Position numbers and translations under genes: made by a program. From NCBI GenBank assembly GCA_036794905.1, contig DAIRFV010000003.1, forward strand, positions 3,866 through 67,865: a stretch of 64,000 bases of DNA, in the 5' to 3' direction. Numbering within the stretch: position 1 is the stretch's first letter; the number at the start of each line of letters is the position of its first letter. Below the pieces are notes generated by a model. The model worked only from the letters and a program-made list of their open reading frames with translations. It had not been told where the DNA came from and did not search any database. Below are positions 1 to 7,746 of the stretch, one piece after another. The stretch comes from Pyrinomonadaceae bacterium (GTDB taxonomy: Bacteria > Acidobacteriota > Blastocatellia > Pyrinomonadales > Pyrinomonadaceae).

Positions 1-1715
1 TCGGCGTGCATGGCGGTCGTGAAGCGGTGCGTGATGACGACCGCCGTGCGCCCGGCGGCGAGCCTTCGGAAGCGCGCGAGCCAATCGGCCTCGGCCCAAG
101 GGTCCATCGCGCTCGTCGGCTCGTCGAGGACGATGACGGGCGACCGCCGCAGGAACGCACGCGCCAGCGCGACCCTCTGCCACTCGCCGACACTCAACTC
201 CGCCCCGCCGTCGAACCACTTGCCCAGCAGGTTGTCGTACCCGTCGGGCAGCCGCCGGACGCAGTCGTCGGCGCCCGCCGAGACGGCCGCGTCCTCCACG
301 GCCGCCATGTCTAACTCATCGCCCTCCGAGCCGACGGCGATGTTCTCCGCCGCCGTGGTGCTGTAGCGCACGGGCTGCTGGAAGAGGACGGAGACCATCC
401 GCCGTACTTCTTCAACCCGCACCTCCCGCAGGTCGATCCCGTCAAACTCCACGCTCCCCTCGTCGGGGTCGTAGAGTCGGCAGAGCAGTTTGACGAGCGT
501 ACTCTTCCCCGCCCCGTTCATCCCGACAATGGCCGTGAACCGACCCGCGCGGATGTCCAGGCTGAAATCCCGCAACGCTTCGCGGTCGCCCCCCGGGTAC
601 GAGAACGTGACGCGTTTGAAACTGATTCCCTGTGCCAACTCGCGCGGCGGAATTACGGGACGCGGCGGGTCGCACACCCTCGGCGTGAGCGAGAGGAACT
701 CGAACAGATTGCCGAGGAAGAGGCTGTTGGTGTAGACCTGCCCGAGGTGCTCAAGCGCGGCGCGCAGCGCACGCTGACATTGAAAGACGGCCTGGTAGAA
801 GAGTACCAGACCGCCGAGCGTGACGGCGCCCAGCGCCGTCTGCCACACGACCCAACCCAGCGCGCCGGCCGTCACCAGCAGCGTGAACGTCACCGCCGCC
901 ATCTCCGCGAGGCTCTGGGCCCGTGCGAGGGCCACCCGCTCCCGCCGCAGGCGCTCGCGCACGCCCCGGTACGCCGACCTGAAGTGCCCGCCCAACTCGT
1001 AGAGGCGCAGTTCGGCGGCCGTCTCGCCGCTCGTCATCAGCCAGTCGTAGTACCAACTGCGGCGCTCGTCCGCCGTGACCCGGCGGTGCCAGTGGTGCCG
1101 GCGCAGGTTGTGACTCAAGACCACGTACAGCGCGGGCGCGGCGCCGGCCGCCAGCGCCGCCAGCACCCACCACCCGAACGTGACGAGCACCGCGAGCATG
1201 CCGGCGAGGGTGATCCCGCTCTGCACGAGCCCGCCGATGTTCTCCAACAGTTCTATCGGCCGGTACGTCGCCTCGTAGCGCGCGCGGTGCAACTGATCGA
1301 AATACTCCGGCGACTCGTAGAACGCCAGGTCAACCCCGACCGACTGGGCGTGGATCATGTCGCCGATGTAATCCCGGACGAGCTCCGCCTGCGCAGTCCT
1401 CACCCAGCCCGCCGCGCTGCGCAGCAGTTCGGCCAGCCACACCGTCCCGGCCACGAGCCCCGCCAGCACGAGCAGCGCGCCCACGTCCTGCCGCGCGCCC
1501 CCCGAACCGGCGGCCGGGGTCACCCGATCGACCAGCAACTTGACCAGGTAGACGTTCGCCACCGGCAACAGGCCCTGCGCGACGAGCAGCGCGGCCCAGG
1601 CTACAGTCCAGCGGCGCCCGGCCGACCACACGAGCCTGAGCGTCCGCGGAACGTAGGGCAATTGCGCCAGCGCGCCGCGCAGCTTCAGACGTAACAGCTT
1701 CAGAGCATCGTTCAT
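1..1715 (-). CDS. ABC transporter, fused permease/ATPase (lasso-peptide exporter, McjD-like); 3' end cut by the window edge
   Basis: My minus-strand translation starts at ATG 1715-1713 (MNDALKLLRLKLRG...). It has a transmembrane N-terminal half, then Walker A GMNGAGKST (about 500-525), ABC signature LSVGEWQRVALARAF and Walker B VIVLDEPTSAMD. The gene is missing from the ORF track because the frame runs off the window. The start lies 1 nt from the stop of the upstream methyltransferase. Confidence 0.85.
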   Translation of the reverse strand, partial: MNDALKLLRLKLRGALAQLPYVPRTLRLVWSAGRRWTVAWAALLVAQGLLPVANVYLVKLLVDRVTPAAGSGGARQDVGALLVLAGLVAGTVWLAELLRSAAGWVRTAQAELVRDYIGDMIHAQSVGVDLAFYESPEYFDQLHRARYEATYRPIELLENIGGLVQSGITLAGMLAVLVTFGWWVLAALAAGAAPALYVVLSHNLRRHHWHRRVTADERRSWYYDWLMTSGETAAELRLYELGGHFRSAYRGVRERLRRERVALARAQSLAEMAAVTFTLLVTAGALGWVVWQTALGAVTLGGLVLFYQAVFQCQRALRAALEHLGQVYTNSLFLGNLFEFLSLTPRVCDPPRPVIPPRELAQGISFKRVTFSYPGGDREALRDFSLDIRAGRFTAIVGMNGAGKSTLVKLLCRLYDPDEGSVEFDGIDLREVRVEEVRRMVSVLFQQPVRYSTTAAENIAVGSEGDELDMAAVEDAAVSAGADDCVRRLPDGYDNLLGKWFDGGAELSVGEWQRVALARAFLRRSPVIVLDEPTSAMDPWAEADWLARFRRLAAGRTAVVITHRFTTAMHA

Positions 1716-1716
1716 C

Positions 1717-2886
1717 TCAGCGACTGTATCTGAGCGACAGCTCCCGCACCCGTTCCAGAAAACCGTCCGCGGTGTCGAACCCGTCCGGGTATTGTTCCGA
1801 GAGCTGCCGGGCGATTTCGGTCAGCGGGCGGGTGCCGTCCATCAACGACAGGATGAGACGATCCACCTCGCCATCGGCGCCCAGCTCCGGCGTATACTCA
1901 GACGACAGCCGGCGCAAACGCTCCTGCGGCAGCGGCATCCCTTTAAACGTCGTCTGCCTGAAATCAGCCTTAACGCGCGTCTGATCGCCCTGCCCAAGCA
2001 CGCGCGTCTCCCAACGCCAGACGTAGTCCCCGCAGACCAGGTTGGCGTGCAATCTGATCGAGACGCTGTCCCCGGCGGCGAGTGCGACGGGGCGCTGCAA
2101 GGGGAAGAAGGCGTTGCCGTAGATGAGTTCGGGGTTCCCCGGCGCGTTCGACATCGTGACGCCGTCGCCGAGGACGGCGTCGAACCAGGCGACGACGCCG
2201 TGCGCCGTCCCCGCACGCTCCGCCGTCCAATTCACTTCCGCGCTGACGTTCGCGCCCTCAATCGTCGTGTAATCGAGCGTGGCCGCGAGGCGCGGCGGAA
2301 GCAGAAGCTGCTCGGGCGTGACCCGCGCCTTGCGCCAGGTGTTGGCGACGACCTCCCGGGCTCCGCTCATGTCGAAGCCGTACGCGGCCTCGTCGCTCGG
2401 CTCCATGTGACGGCCGTAAAGGTCGGCGGCCTCGACCAGGCACAACCAGACGGCGTCGCGTTGCGGGATGAGTACGCCGCCGGGCGCGAGCAGGCGGCGG
2501 CGCGCGTCGGCGATGGACGGGATGTTCTGTTGGAACATGGGGAGCACGCCGCGCAGATCGGAGACGACGACGTCCGCCCTCTCCGGCAAGGTGACCTCGG
2601 TCGAGAGCGCCTGGAAGAACTCGATGCGGTCGGCGAGCCCGTTGGCGACGGCGACCGTTTTAGCCACCTCGATTGAGTCATTCGGCTCGACGGCGAAGAC
2701 CCTGCGAGCGCCGAAGCGACACGCCAGCATGGAGAAGATGCCCGTCCCCGCGCCGATGTCGAGCACGACACAGCCCGGCCTGACGGCCGCGCGCAGAGCC
2801 CGCGCGTAGGCGTCGCCCCGCAGGCGGTCGGCGATCATGCGGCCGTAGCTGCCCGTCGTATAAGCGCCTGCGCTCTGCCTGCTCAA
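1717..2886 (-). CDS. PRMT-like class I SAM-dependent methyltransferase with a C-terminal PqqD/RRE-like tail
   Basis: The 389-aa ORF resembles protein arginine methyltransferases. Motifs: SYGRMIADRLRGDAYARALRAAV pre-motif, VVLDIGAGTGIFSM (SAM motif I), VFAVEP and ADVVVSDLRG. The last ~60 aa (LILSLMDGTRPLTEIARQLSEQYPDGF...FLERVRELSLRY) look like a PqqD winged helix. Confidence 0.8.
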   Translation of the reverse strand: MSRQSAGAYTTGSYGRMIADRLRGDAYARALRAAVRPGCVVLDIGAGTGIFSMLACRFGARRVFAVEPNDSIEVAKTVAVANGLADRIEFFQALSTEVTLPERADVVVSDLRGVLPMFQQNIPSIADARRRLLAPGGVLIPQRDAVWLCLVEAADLYGRHMEPSDEAAYGFDMSGAREVVANTWRKARVTPEQLLLPPRLAATLDYTTIEGANVSAEVNWTAERAGTAHGVVAWFDAVLGDGVTMSNAPGNPELIYGNAFFPLQRPVALAAGDSVSIRLHANLVCGDYVWRWETRVLGQGDQTRVKADFRQTTFKGMPLPQERLRRLSSEYTPELGADGEVDRLILSLMDGTRPLTEIARQLSEQYPDGFDTADGFLERVRELSLRYSR

Positions 2887-2915
2887 AACTTCACCCCGTC
2901 AACCGGGCCGACGCC

Positions 2916-3527
2916 CTAAAAGAACCAACTGACGACGGTGTAGCGCTGCCCGTACGTCACGTCCCTGACCTCGTGCATGAGGTCGGAGCGGAAGCCCAGC
3001 AGAAGCCCCGCCTCGCCCACCAGGCCGAGGCCGTACTGCTTCATGCGCGGCTCTTCGAGTAGTCCGTAGAGGGTCAGGGCGCCGCCGCAGAACGAGCCGG
3101 GCGACGGAGTCTCCGTCTCGCCGTTCAGGAAAATGACGATTGACACGCGGCGGCGGCGCGCGTAGTCGGGCTTCCCCGGCGCGTCCTCGCCGTCACGGTG
3201 CGCGCGGAAGTAGTCGCCCGGCTGGTAGACGAGAAACTGCGGCTGCTCACACCCTTCGAACGTCAGCCCGAAGTGCCGCTCGATGTCGGGTTGCAGCCCC
3301 GTCAGGCGCGAGCGCACGAGCGCGCGCGTCTGCTTCGACACTTGCGCCCCTTTAGTCCGCCGCACGTCGTCTTTGATTCGCTCGTCCGCGGAATACCCGT
3401 CCACGACCGCGAGCGGCTCGCGCTCGCAGGCGGCCGCCTCGGCGCGGAGGGAGGCGCAACCGTCCGCGTCAAAAAAATCTTTGACGACGAAGAGCCCGAG
3501 GCGCGCGAAGAAGTCGGGGGGTGGCAT
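2916..3527 (-). CDS. 2OG-Fe(II) oxygenase, prolyl-4-hydroxylase-like
   Basis: Facial triad and 2OG-binding motifs are present: YFRAHRDGED (HxD), LMHEV (distal His) and RYTVVSWF (Arg). I trimmed the start from the track's 3692 to the internal ATG at 3527 (MPPPDFFARLGLFVVKDFFD). This removes an Arg/Pro-rich extension that overlaps the kinase gene. Confidence 0.75.
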   Translation of the reverse strand: MPPPDFFARLGLFVVKDFFDADGCASLRAEAAACEREPLAVVDGYSADERIKDDVRRTKGAQVSKQTRALVRSRLTGLQPDIERHFGLTFEGCEQPQFLVYQPGDYFRAHRDGEDAPGKPDYARRRRVSIVIFLNGETETPSPGSFCGGALTLYGLLEEPRMKQYGLGLVGEAGLLLGFRSDLMHEVRDVTYGQRYTVVSWFF

Positions 3528-3579
3528 CGCGGTTCGGCGCTGCTGAGAATAGCTCTCCCGGTTCGACCCGTGTGGCGCG

Positions 3580-4599
3580 CTACGCGCTCCGCGCCGCCCG
3601 TTGCGGCCCCACCTCGCCGGTGCGGCCAAAGTCTTCGAGGAGCAGGGCACAGAGGTCGGGAAGGCGCGCGGGGTCGGCGTGTGGCACCACACGGCGCACG
3701 GGCACGCGCGCCACCAGGCGACTCAGGAGCGCGAACTCCCGCGCGCGCAGCGCCCGGTCGATAAGTTGGTTGGCGTACGTGTTGGCGACCAGAGCCATCA
3801 GCCTCGCGCCGTCCGACATGCCCTCGACGAAAGGGGTGCCCGGCTCGTCCGCACGCCCGTCGAGCAGGTAGACCGCGGCCAGCGGCAGCGGTTGCGGCTG
3901 GAACGGGTGCTCATCGACGCCGAGACTCAGGTAACATTTATCCCAGGAGGGGTGGTCGGGCACGAGCCGCGGCAGCGCGTGGGGAGTCCCGTACAGCATG
4001 TCCACCGAAGAAGGCCACAGGCGCAGGTGCGGGTACGCGGGCTCGACGTAGAGCGCGCCGTCGCGTTCGGATAAGGCCACCACGTCGTCGGACAGGACGG
4101 GGTGGCCCAGCCCCGCGAAGGCCGCCGCCGTCGTAGACTTCCCGGCCCCCGCCGGCCCCAGCAGGGCGACAGCCACATCCCCGAAGGCCACGGCGCTGGC
4201 ATGCAGGCACGTCGTCCCGCGCAGCCGCAGGACGAAGCCCAGCACCGGGCCGAGCAAGTACACGGCGGCGTCCTCTGCCGTCAGACTCTCCGGCCAGTCC
4301 GCCCAGACCTCAGTCCCCGCGCGGTCGATAACGACTTCCATGCCGTCGCAGTAGCGGAGATAGGAATACGCCCCGCCTGCCAGATGCCATGCCTTTAAGA
4401 CGGGCTCGCCCCGCTCGTCCCGGTGGTGGCTGATATATGAAGCCTCGGCGGCGCGCGCCTGCGACTTTGCGCGCGACGGCGGCGCCGACCTCAGCCAGAG
4501 TTGTACGTCATCTCCCGGCGGCGCCGGGCAGGTCGGCAGGCCGGGGATCGGCAGGTTCGCTTTCACCCGCAGGCCGTACAGGGAGTATGAAAAAGACAT
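3580..4599 (-). CDS. HPr kinase/phosphorylase-like kinase (lasso-peptide-associated type)
   Basis: The 339-aa ORF has the P-loop context LHASAVAFGDVAVALLGPAGAGKSTTAAAF, typical of the HprK C-terminal domain. It sits inside the lasso cluster. Confidence 0.8.
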   Translation of the reverse strand: MSFSYSLYGLRVKANLPIPGLPTCPAPPGDDVQLWLRSAPPSRAKSQARAAEASYISHHRDERGEPVLKAWHLAGGAYSYLRYCDGMEVVIDRAGTEVWADWPESLTAEDAAVYLLGPVLGFVLRLRGTTCLHASAVAFGDVAVALLGPAGAGKSTTAAAFAGLGHPVLSDDVVALSERDGALYVEPAYPHLRLWPSSVDMLYGTPHALPRLVPDHPSWDKCYLSLGVDEHPFQPQPLPLAAVYLLDGRADEPGTPFVEGMSDGARLMALVANTYANQLIDRALRAREFALLSRLVARVPVRRVVPHADPARLPDLCALLLEDFGRTGEVGPQRAARSA

Positions 4600-4753
4600 C
4601 GCTTTCGGTTGGACTTTGCGCGGCTCTGACAGAGGGAAACTTATGCGGCAACTTCAGAACGCCGGGAGTGGATTGCGGCCCGAGCCTTGGGTTGAATGAC
4701 GAGAGGCAGACTCGAAGGGAGGCCGAGCAGGTCACGAGGCACCGCGGAGATTA

Positions 4754-4794
4754 GAAGCGGTCTCATAAACATGTGCTGTTTATGAGACCGCTTC
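4754..4794. other. Perfect 17-18 bp stem-loop immediately downstream of the precursor gene (possible attenuator or stability hairpin)
   Basis: GAAGCGGTCTCATAAAC (4754-4770), loop atgtgct, GTTTATGAGACCGCTTC (4778-4794). No U-tract follows on either strand, so it is not a canonical intrinsic terminator. Confidence 0.6.
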
Positions 4795-4845
4795 CAGTAG
4801 CTTCTCATTCAGGTGCGTCTCGAAGAGGCTGACCGCCTGCCACGA

Positions 4846-5025
4846 TCAGCCGGTCTTCTGGTTGCCCGGGTTATCCATGCCCGTCTCCGGATTCACACTC
4901 CCGGCGGTGAGCGTCGCGATGCTTCCGTAAACGTGAAGCTCGGGCCGGTGGTACTCTTTTCCGGTGTTCGTCCCGCCCGGGGTCTGCGCGTAATCCTGTT
5001 TGGTCGGGTTCTCGTTTCGCGTCAT
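4846..5025 (-). CDS. Lasso peptide precursor (A), 59 aa; not in the supplied ORF track
   Basis: Hand translation: MTRNENPTKQDYAQTPGGTNTGKEYHRPELHVYGSIATLTAGSVNPETGMDNPGNQKTG*. The ATG overlaps the cyclase stop (ATGA at 5025-5022). A GGAGG lies 7 nt upstream (plus-strand cctcc, 5033-5037). The leader carries YxxPxLxxxG.....Tx at the spacing known for RRE-dependent lasso leaders. Confidence 0.75.
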   Translation of the reverse strand: MTRNENPTKQDYAQTPGGTNTGKEYHRPELHVYGSIATLTAGSVNPETGMDNPGNQKTG

Positions 5026-6878
5026 GCTGGCACCTCCAATGGAATCTCAGACTCGGTCAGCCTCGAACTCAGCAGCCAGTAGTTTAAACTAAGTGGCCGG
5101 ATTTTCAACCACAATTGCTCGGCCGTCTCCTCGGCAGAGGGCCGGCGGAGCGCCTCGACGTTGACATACTTGTGCAGCGCCGGGACGACCTCGGGGTTGG
5201 TCACCTCGTCCGCGCCGCCGTTTCGCAGCAACTCCAACACGGCGTCGCCCGCGAGCCGCGCCTTCCGGCGTGTCCTGATCGGCTCGGCCAACACGCCTTT
5301 CATCGCCTCGCGCAGAATCCCCTTGTGCGCGAACCAGGGCATCGGCGGGATCGCCAGCATGTACTCCACCAGCCGGCGGTCAAAAAACGGGTAACGCGGC
5401 TCGACCGGCACCCCCGTCGCGCCGGGGTCGGCACGCTCGAAGCCCTCCGTCCAGTAAATATCGCTCATCTGGTCGTACGCCTCCGGGCGGGCGTGGTGGA
5501 CGCGCGGCGGCGGCGCATTCAGTAGTTCCAGGCGCGCCGGCAGGCCGTAGGCGGTGGCGAAGCTGTGGTTCAGCCAGCCGGGGTAGAGGTGTTTACTTTC
5601 AACCCGCCTCCCGACCACATCCCTGAGCAGAGTGCGGAAGCCGAGCGCCGGGAGACGGCCGCAGGTGCGATAGTGCCGCAGCATGCACGCGAGCACGCCG
5701 CCCAGGCGCAGGCGCGTCATCCGCCTCTTGAAATCCGTGTATGAGAAGAGCTGCAAGGCGTCGCCGCCGTCACCGCTCAACATGGCGCGGCTGTGCGCGG
5801 CGACCCGCGTGAGGTGGTCTGTGATGAGGGCCGTTAACGGGAACCAGTTCGGCTCAGTCTGATGCGGCCCCGGCTCGTCCCAGCGCTCGAACAGCTTGTA
5901 GTCGTCGAGGACGTGGAACTCTATGGGGATGCCGATGCCCTCCGCCGCGGTCGCGGCGTACGGGCGCTCTACGTCCGGGATGAGTCTGTCGTAGACCATC
6001 GTGAACGCGCGCAGGTCATACGCCTCCGACCTCTCGGACAGCAGGGCCTTCGCCGTCGCCGCGATCGATGGCGAGTCGAGGCCGCCGCTCATGCTGACGG
6101 CGACCCGGCTGGCGCGCAGGCGGTCGCCCACGGCGGCGCGCCACAGCACCTTGAAGTGCTCGACGTAGTCGCGCCCCTCCCTGTAGCGGATGCACCCGTC
6201 CGCGGGCAGCGTCCAGTACCGGGAGACGCGCCTCCGCCCCTGCGACCAGGTCAGGCGGTGCGCGGGCGGCAGCCGCCTGATGTCGGCGAAGGTGGTGGTG
6301 TCCGGCTCCTGGTTGTAGCCGAACAGGAGGAAGTCGCCGACCGCCAGGTCGTTCAACTCGGCCGAGACCTGCGGGTGGCGGCGCAGGCAGTTCAGCGTGT
6401 TGCCGAAGACGAGGGCGCCCTCGACCTCCGCGTAGTAGAAAGGCTTGACGCCGAAGTGGTCGCGCGCGCAGAAGAGGCGGCGGCGGGGCGCGTCCCAGAT
6501 GGCGAAGGAGAAATCACCGAGCAGGTGCTCGACGCAGTCCTCGCCCCAGGCGGCATAGGCGTAGAGGATCAGGTCGGCGTCCGCGGCCTCATCCAGTCCC
6601 GCGAAGCCCGCGGCCTCCAACTTCCCCGTCAGCTCGGTTCGCGCGTCGAGGCGCGCGTCCGCCGTCACCCACCAGTTTCCGCCGAGGCCGCGCGGCTGCT
6701 CCTCGGCCTCCGACTCCCGGGTCGTGCGCAGCATCGCGTGTCCGAAGCCGACGGCCCCGTCGGCCCAGACGTTCTGCGCGTCCGGCCCGCGCCGCGCCAT
6801 GAACCCGGTCATCCGCCGGAGCAGGTCTCGATCCACGGGCGCGCCGTCCGTGTTGATGATGCCTACGATTCCGCTCAA
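5022..6878 (-). CDS. Lasso peptide cyclase (C), asparagine synthetase B-like
   Basis: The 618-aa ORF has an AsnB-like N-terminus (MSGIVGII...) and the PP-loop SMSGGLDSPSIAA. Its TTG start overlaps the B2 stop (TTGA). Confidence 0.9.
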   Translation of the reverse strand: MSGIVGIINTDGAPVDRDLLRRMTGFMARRGPDAQNVWADGAVGFGHAMLRTTRESEAEEQPRGLGGNWWVTADARLDARTELTGKLEAAGFAGLDEAADADLILYAYAAWGEDCVEHLLGDFSFAIWDAPRRRLFCARDHFGVKPFYYAEVEGALVFGNTLNCLRRHPQVSAELNDLAVGDFLLFGYNQEPDTTTFADIRRLPPAHRLTWSQGRRRVSRYWTLPADGCIRYREGRDYVEHFKVLWRAAVGDRLRASRVAVSMSGGLDSPSIAATAKALLSERSEAYDLRAFTMVYDRLIPDVERPYAATAAEGIGIPIEFHVLDDYKLFERWDEPGPHQTEPNWFPLTALITDHLTRVAAHSRAMLSGDGGDALQLFSYTDFKRRMTRLRLGGVLACMLRHYRTCGRLPALGFRTLLRDVVGRRVESKHLYPGWLNHSFATAYGLPARLELLNAPPPRVHHARPEAYDQMSDIYWTEGFERADPGATGVPVEPRYPFFDRRLVEYMLAIPPMPWFAHKGILREAMKGVLAEPIRTRRKARLAGDAVLELLRNGGADEVTNPEVVPALHKYVNVEALRRPSAEETAEQLWLKIRPLSLNYWLLSSRLTESEIPLEVPA

Positions 6879-7342
6879 CCTGACCTCGCCCCCGGAGAGT
6901 TGACGGGCCGCTCGAACACGGCGTAGCGGGCGCCGACGTCGCGGCTTTCATTCAGGGCGCGGCCGGAGAACTCGACCCACGCGTGTGCGCCGAAGCGCCC
7001 GCCCTCTTTCCGCGCCCCGATTCGCAATTCGCTCTCAAGCCCGTGCCGCCGCAGCAGCCACCAGAGGACGACCGACCGTTGCAGGCAGTTCGCGCGGTAG
7101 GGGCCGTGCGCCGCCGCGGCCGTGACGATTCGGCCGACGGCGCGGGCGAGCGACTCGGCGGAGCCGTCCGCCTTCGTCACGGATTTATTCACCGCCGGGG
7201 TCAGGCGGGCGAGGAGACGCTGGCACGGCCCGAGCCCCCTCAGCCGGATGAGAACTGCGACCGCCGGCAGCGCGACGGCCGCCTGCACCAGCAGCCGCCG
7301 CTCCGGCCGGGAGAGCCCGCGCAGTTGGCGCCACTTACTCAT
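6875..7342 (-). CDS. Lasso peptide leader protease (B2), transglutaminase-like cysteine protease
   Basis: The 155-aa ORF has ANCLQRSVVLWWLLRRHG (catalytic Cys context) and GAHAWVEFSG (His). This size and position are typical of a split B protein. Confidence 0.85.
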   Translation of the reverse strand: MSKWRQLRGLSRPERRLLVQAAVALPAVAVLIRLRGLGPCQRLLARLTPAVNKSVTKADGSAESLARAVGRIVTAAAAHGPYRANCLQRSVVLWWLLRRHGLESELRIGARKEGGRFGAHAWVEFSGRALNESRDVGARYAVFERPVNSPGARSG

Positions 7343-7619
7343 CGGCGACCTCGATCAGGCCGTGCCCGCTCAACGTTTCGATCAACTCGTAGAGGTCATG
7401 CCGGAGCCGCTCCGGTTCGACATCGAACTCGGCGAGTAACGCCTCGTAGGCGGGCTCCACCGTGCCGTTAGCGCAGAGCACTTCCCACATGCGCGTGCCG
7501 ACCGGGTCTAAACCGAAGTAGCGTTCGCTATCCAGGTTGAGGAGGACGCTCTCCTCCCCGGCCCTGGAGACCAGGACGCCGGGGGGCACCGAAACGCGAG
7601 ACGCTGGCGAGACTGCCAT
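7335..7619 (-). CDS. Lasso peptide RRE protein (B1), PqqD family
   Basis: The 94-aa ORF (SVLLNLDSERYFGLDPVGTRMWEVL...LYELIETLSGHGLIEV) shows a PqqD-like pattern. A GGGAG RBS lies upstream, and the stop overlaps the B2 start by 8 nt. Confidence 0.85.
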   Translation of the reverse strand: MAVSPASRVSVPPGVLVSRAGEESVLLNLDSERYFGLDPVGTRMWEVLCANGTVEPAYEALLAEFDVEPERLRHDLYELIETLSGHGLIEVADE

Positions 7620-7682
7620 AGCTCACTCCCTTAAGCTAATCATGAACGTGCCGGGGTGATGATGAGACGCACAGGAGACTTT

Positions 7683-7746
7683 GAAGGATGAAGGGGAGGC
7701 AGCCCGCAAGCTGCCTCCCCTTCATCCTTCCGCCTTCATCCTTCAG
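7683..7746. repeat. Heptad-periodic hairpin element downstream of gmd
   Basis: A perfect 21-bp inverted repeat: GAAGGATGAAGGGGAGGCAGC (7683-7703) and GCTGCCTCCCCTTCATCCTTC (7710-7730). The right side continues as CTTCATC CTTCCGC CTTCATC CTTCAG, with a 7-nt period. Confidence 0.8.

Noticed and set aside
4813-5082. The plus-strand 89-aa ORF opposite the precursor gene.
   Set aside because: It is antisense to a much better-supported small gene, which has an SD, an ATGA coupling and a lasso leader motif. It has no features of its own.
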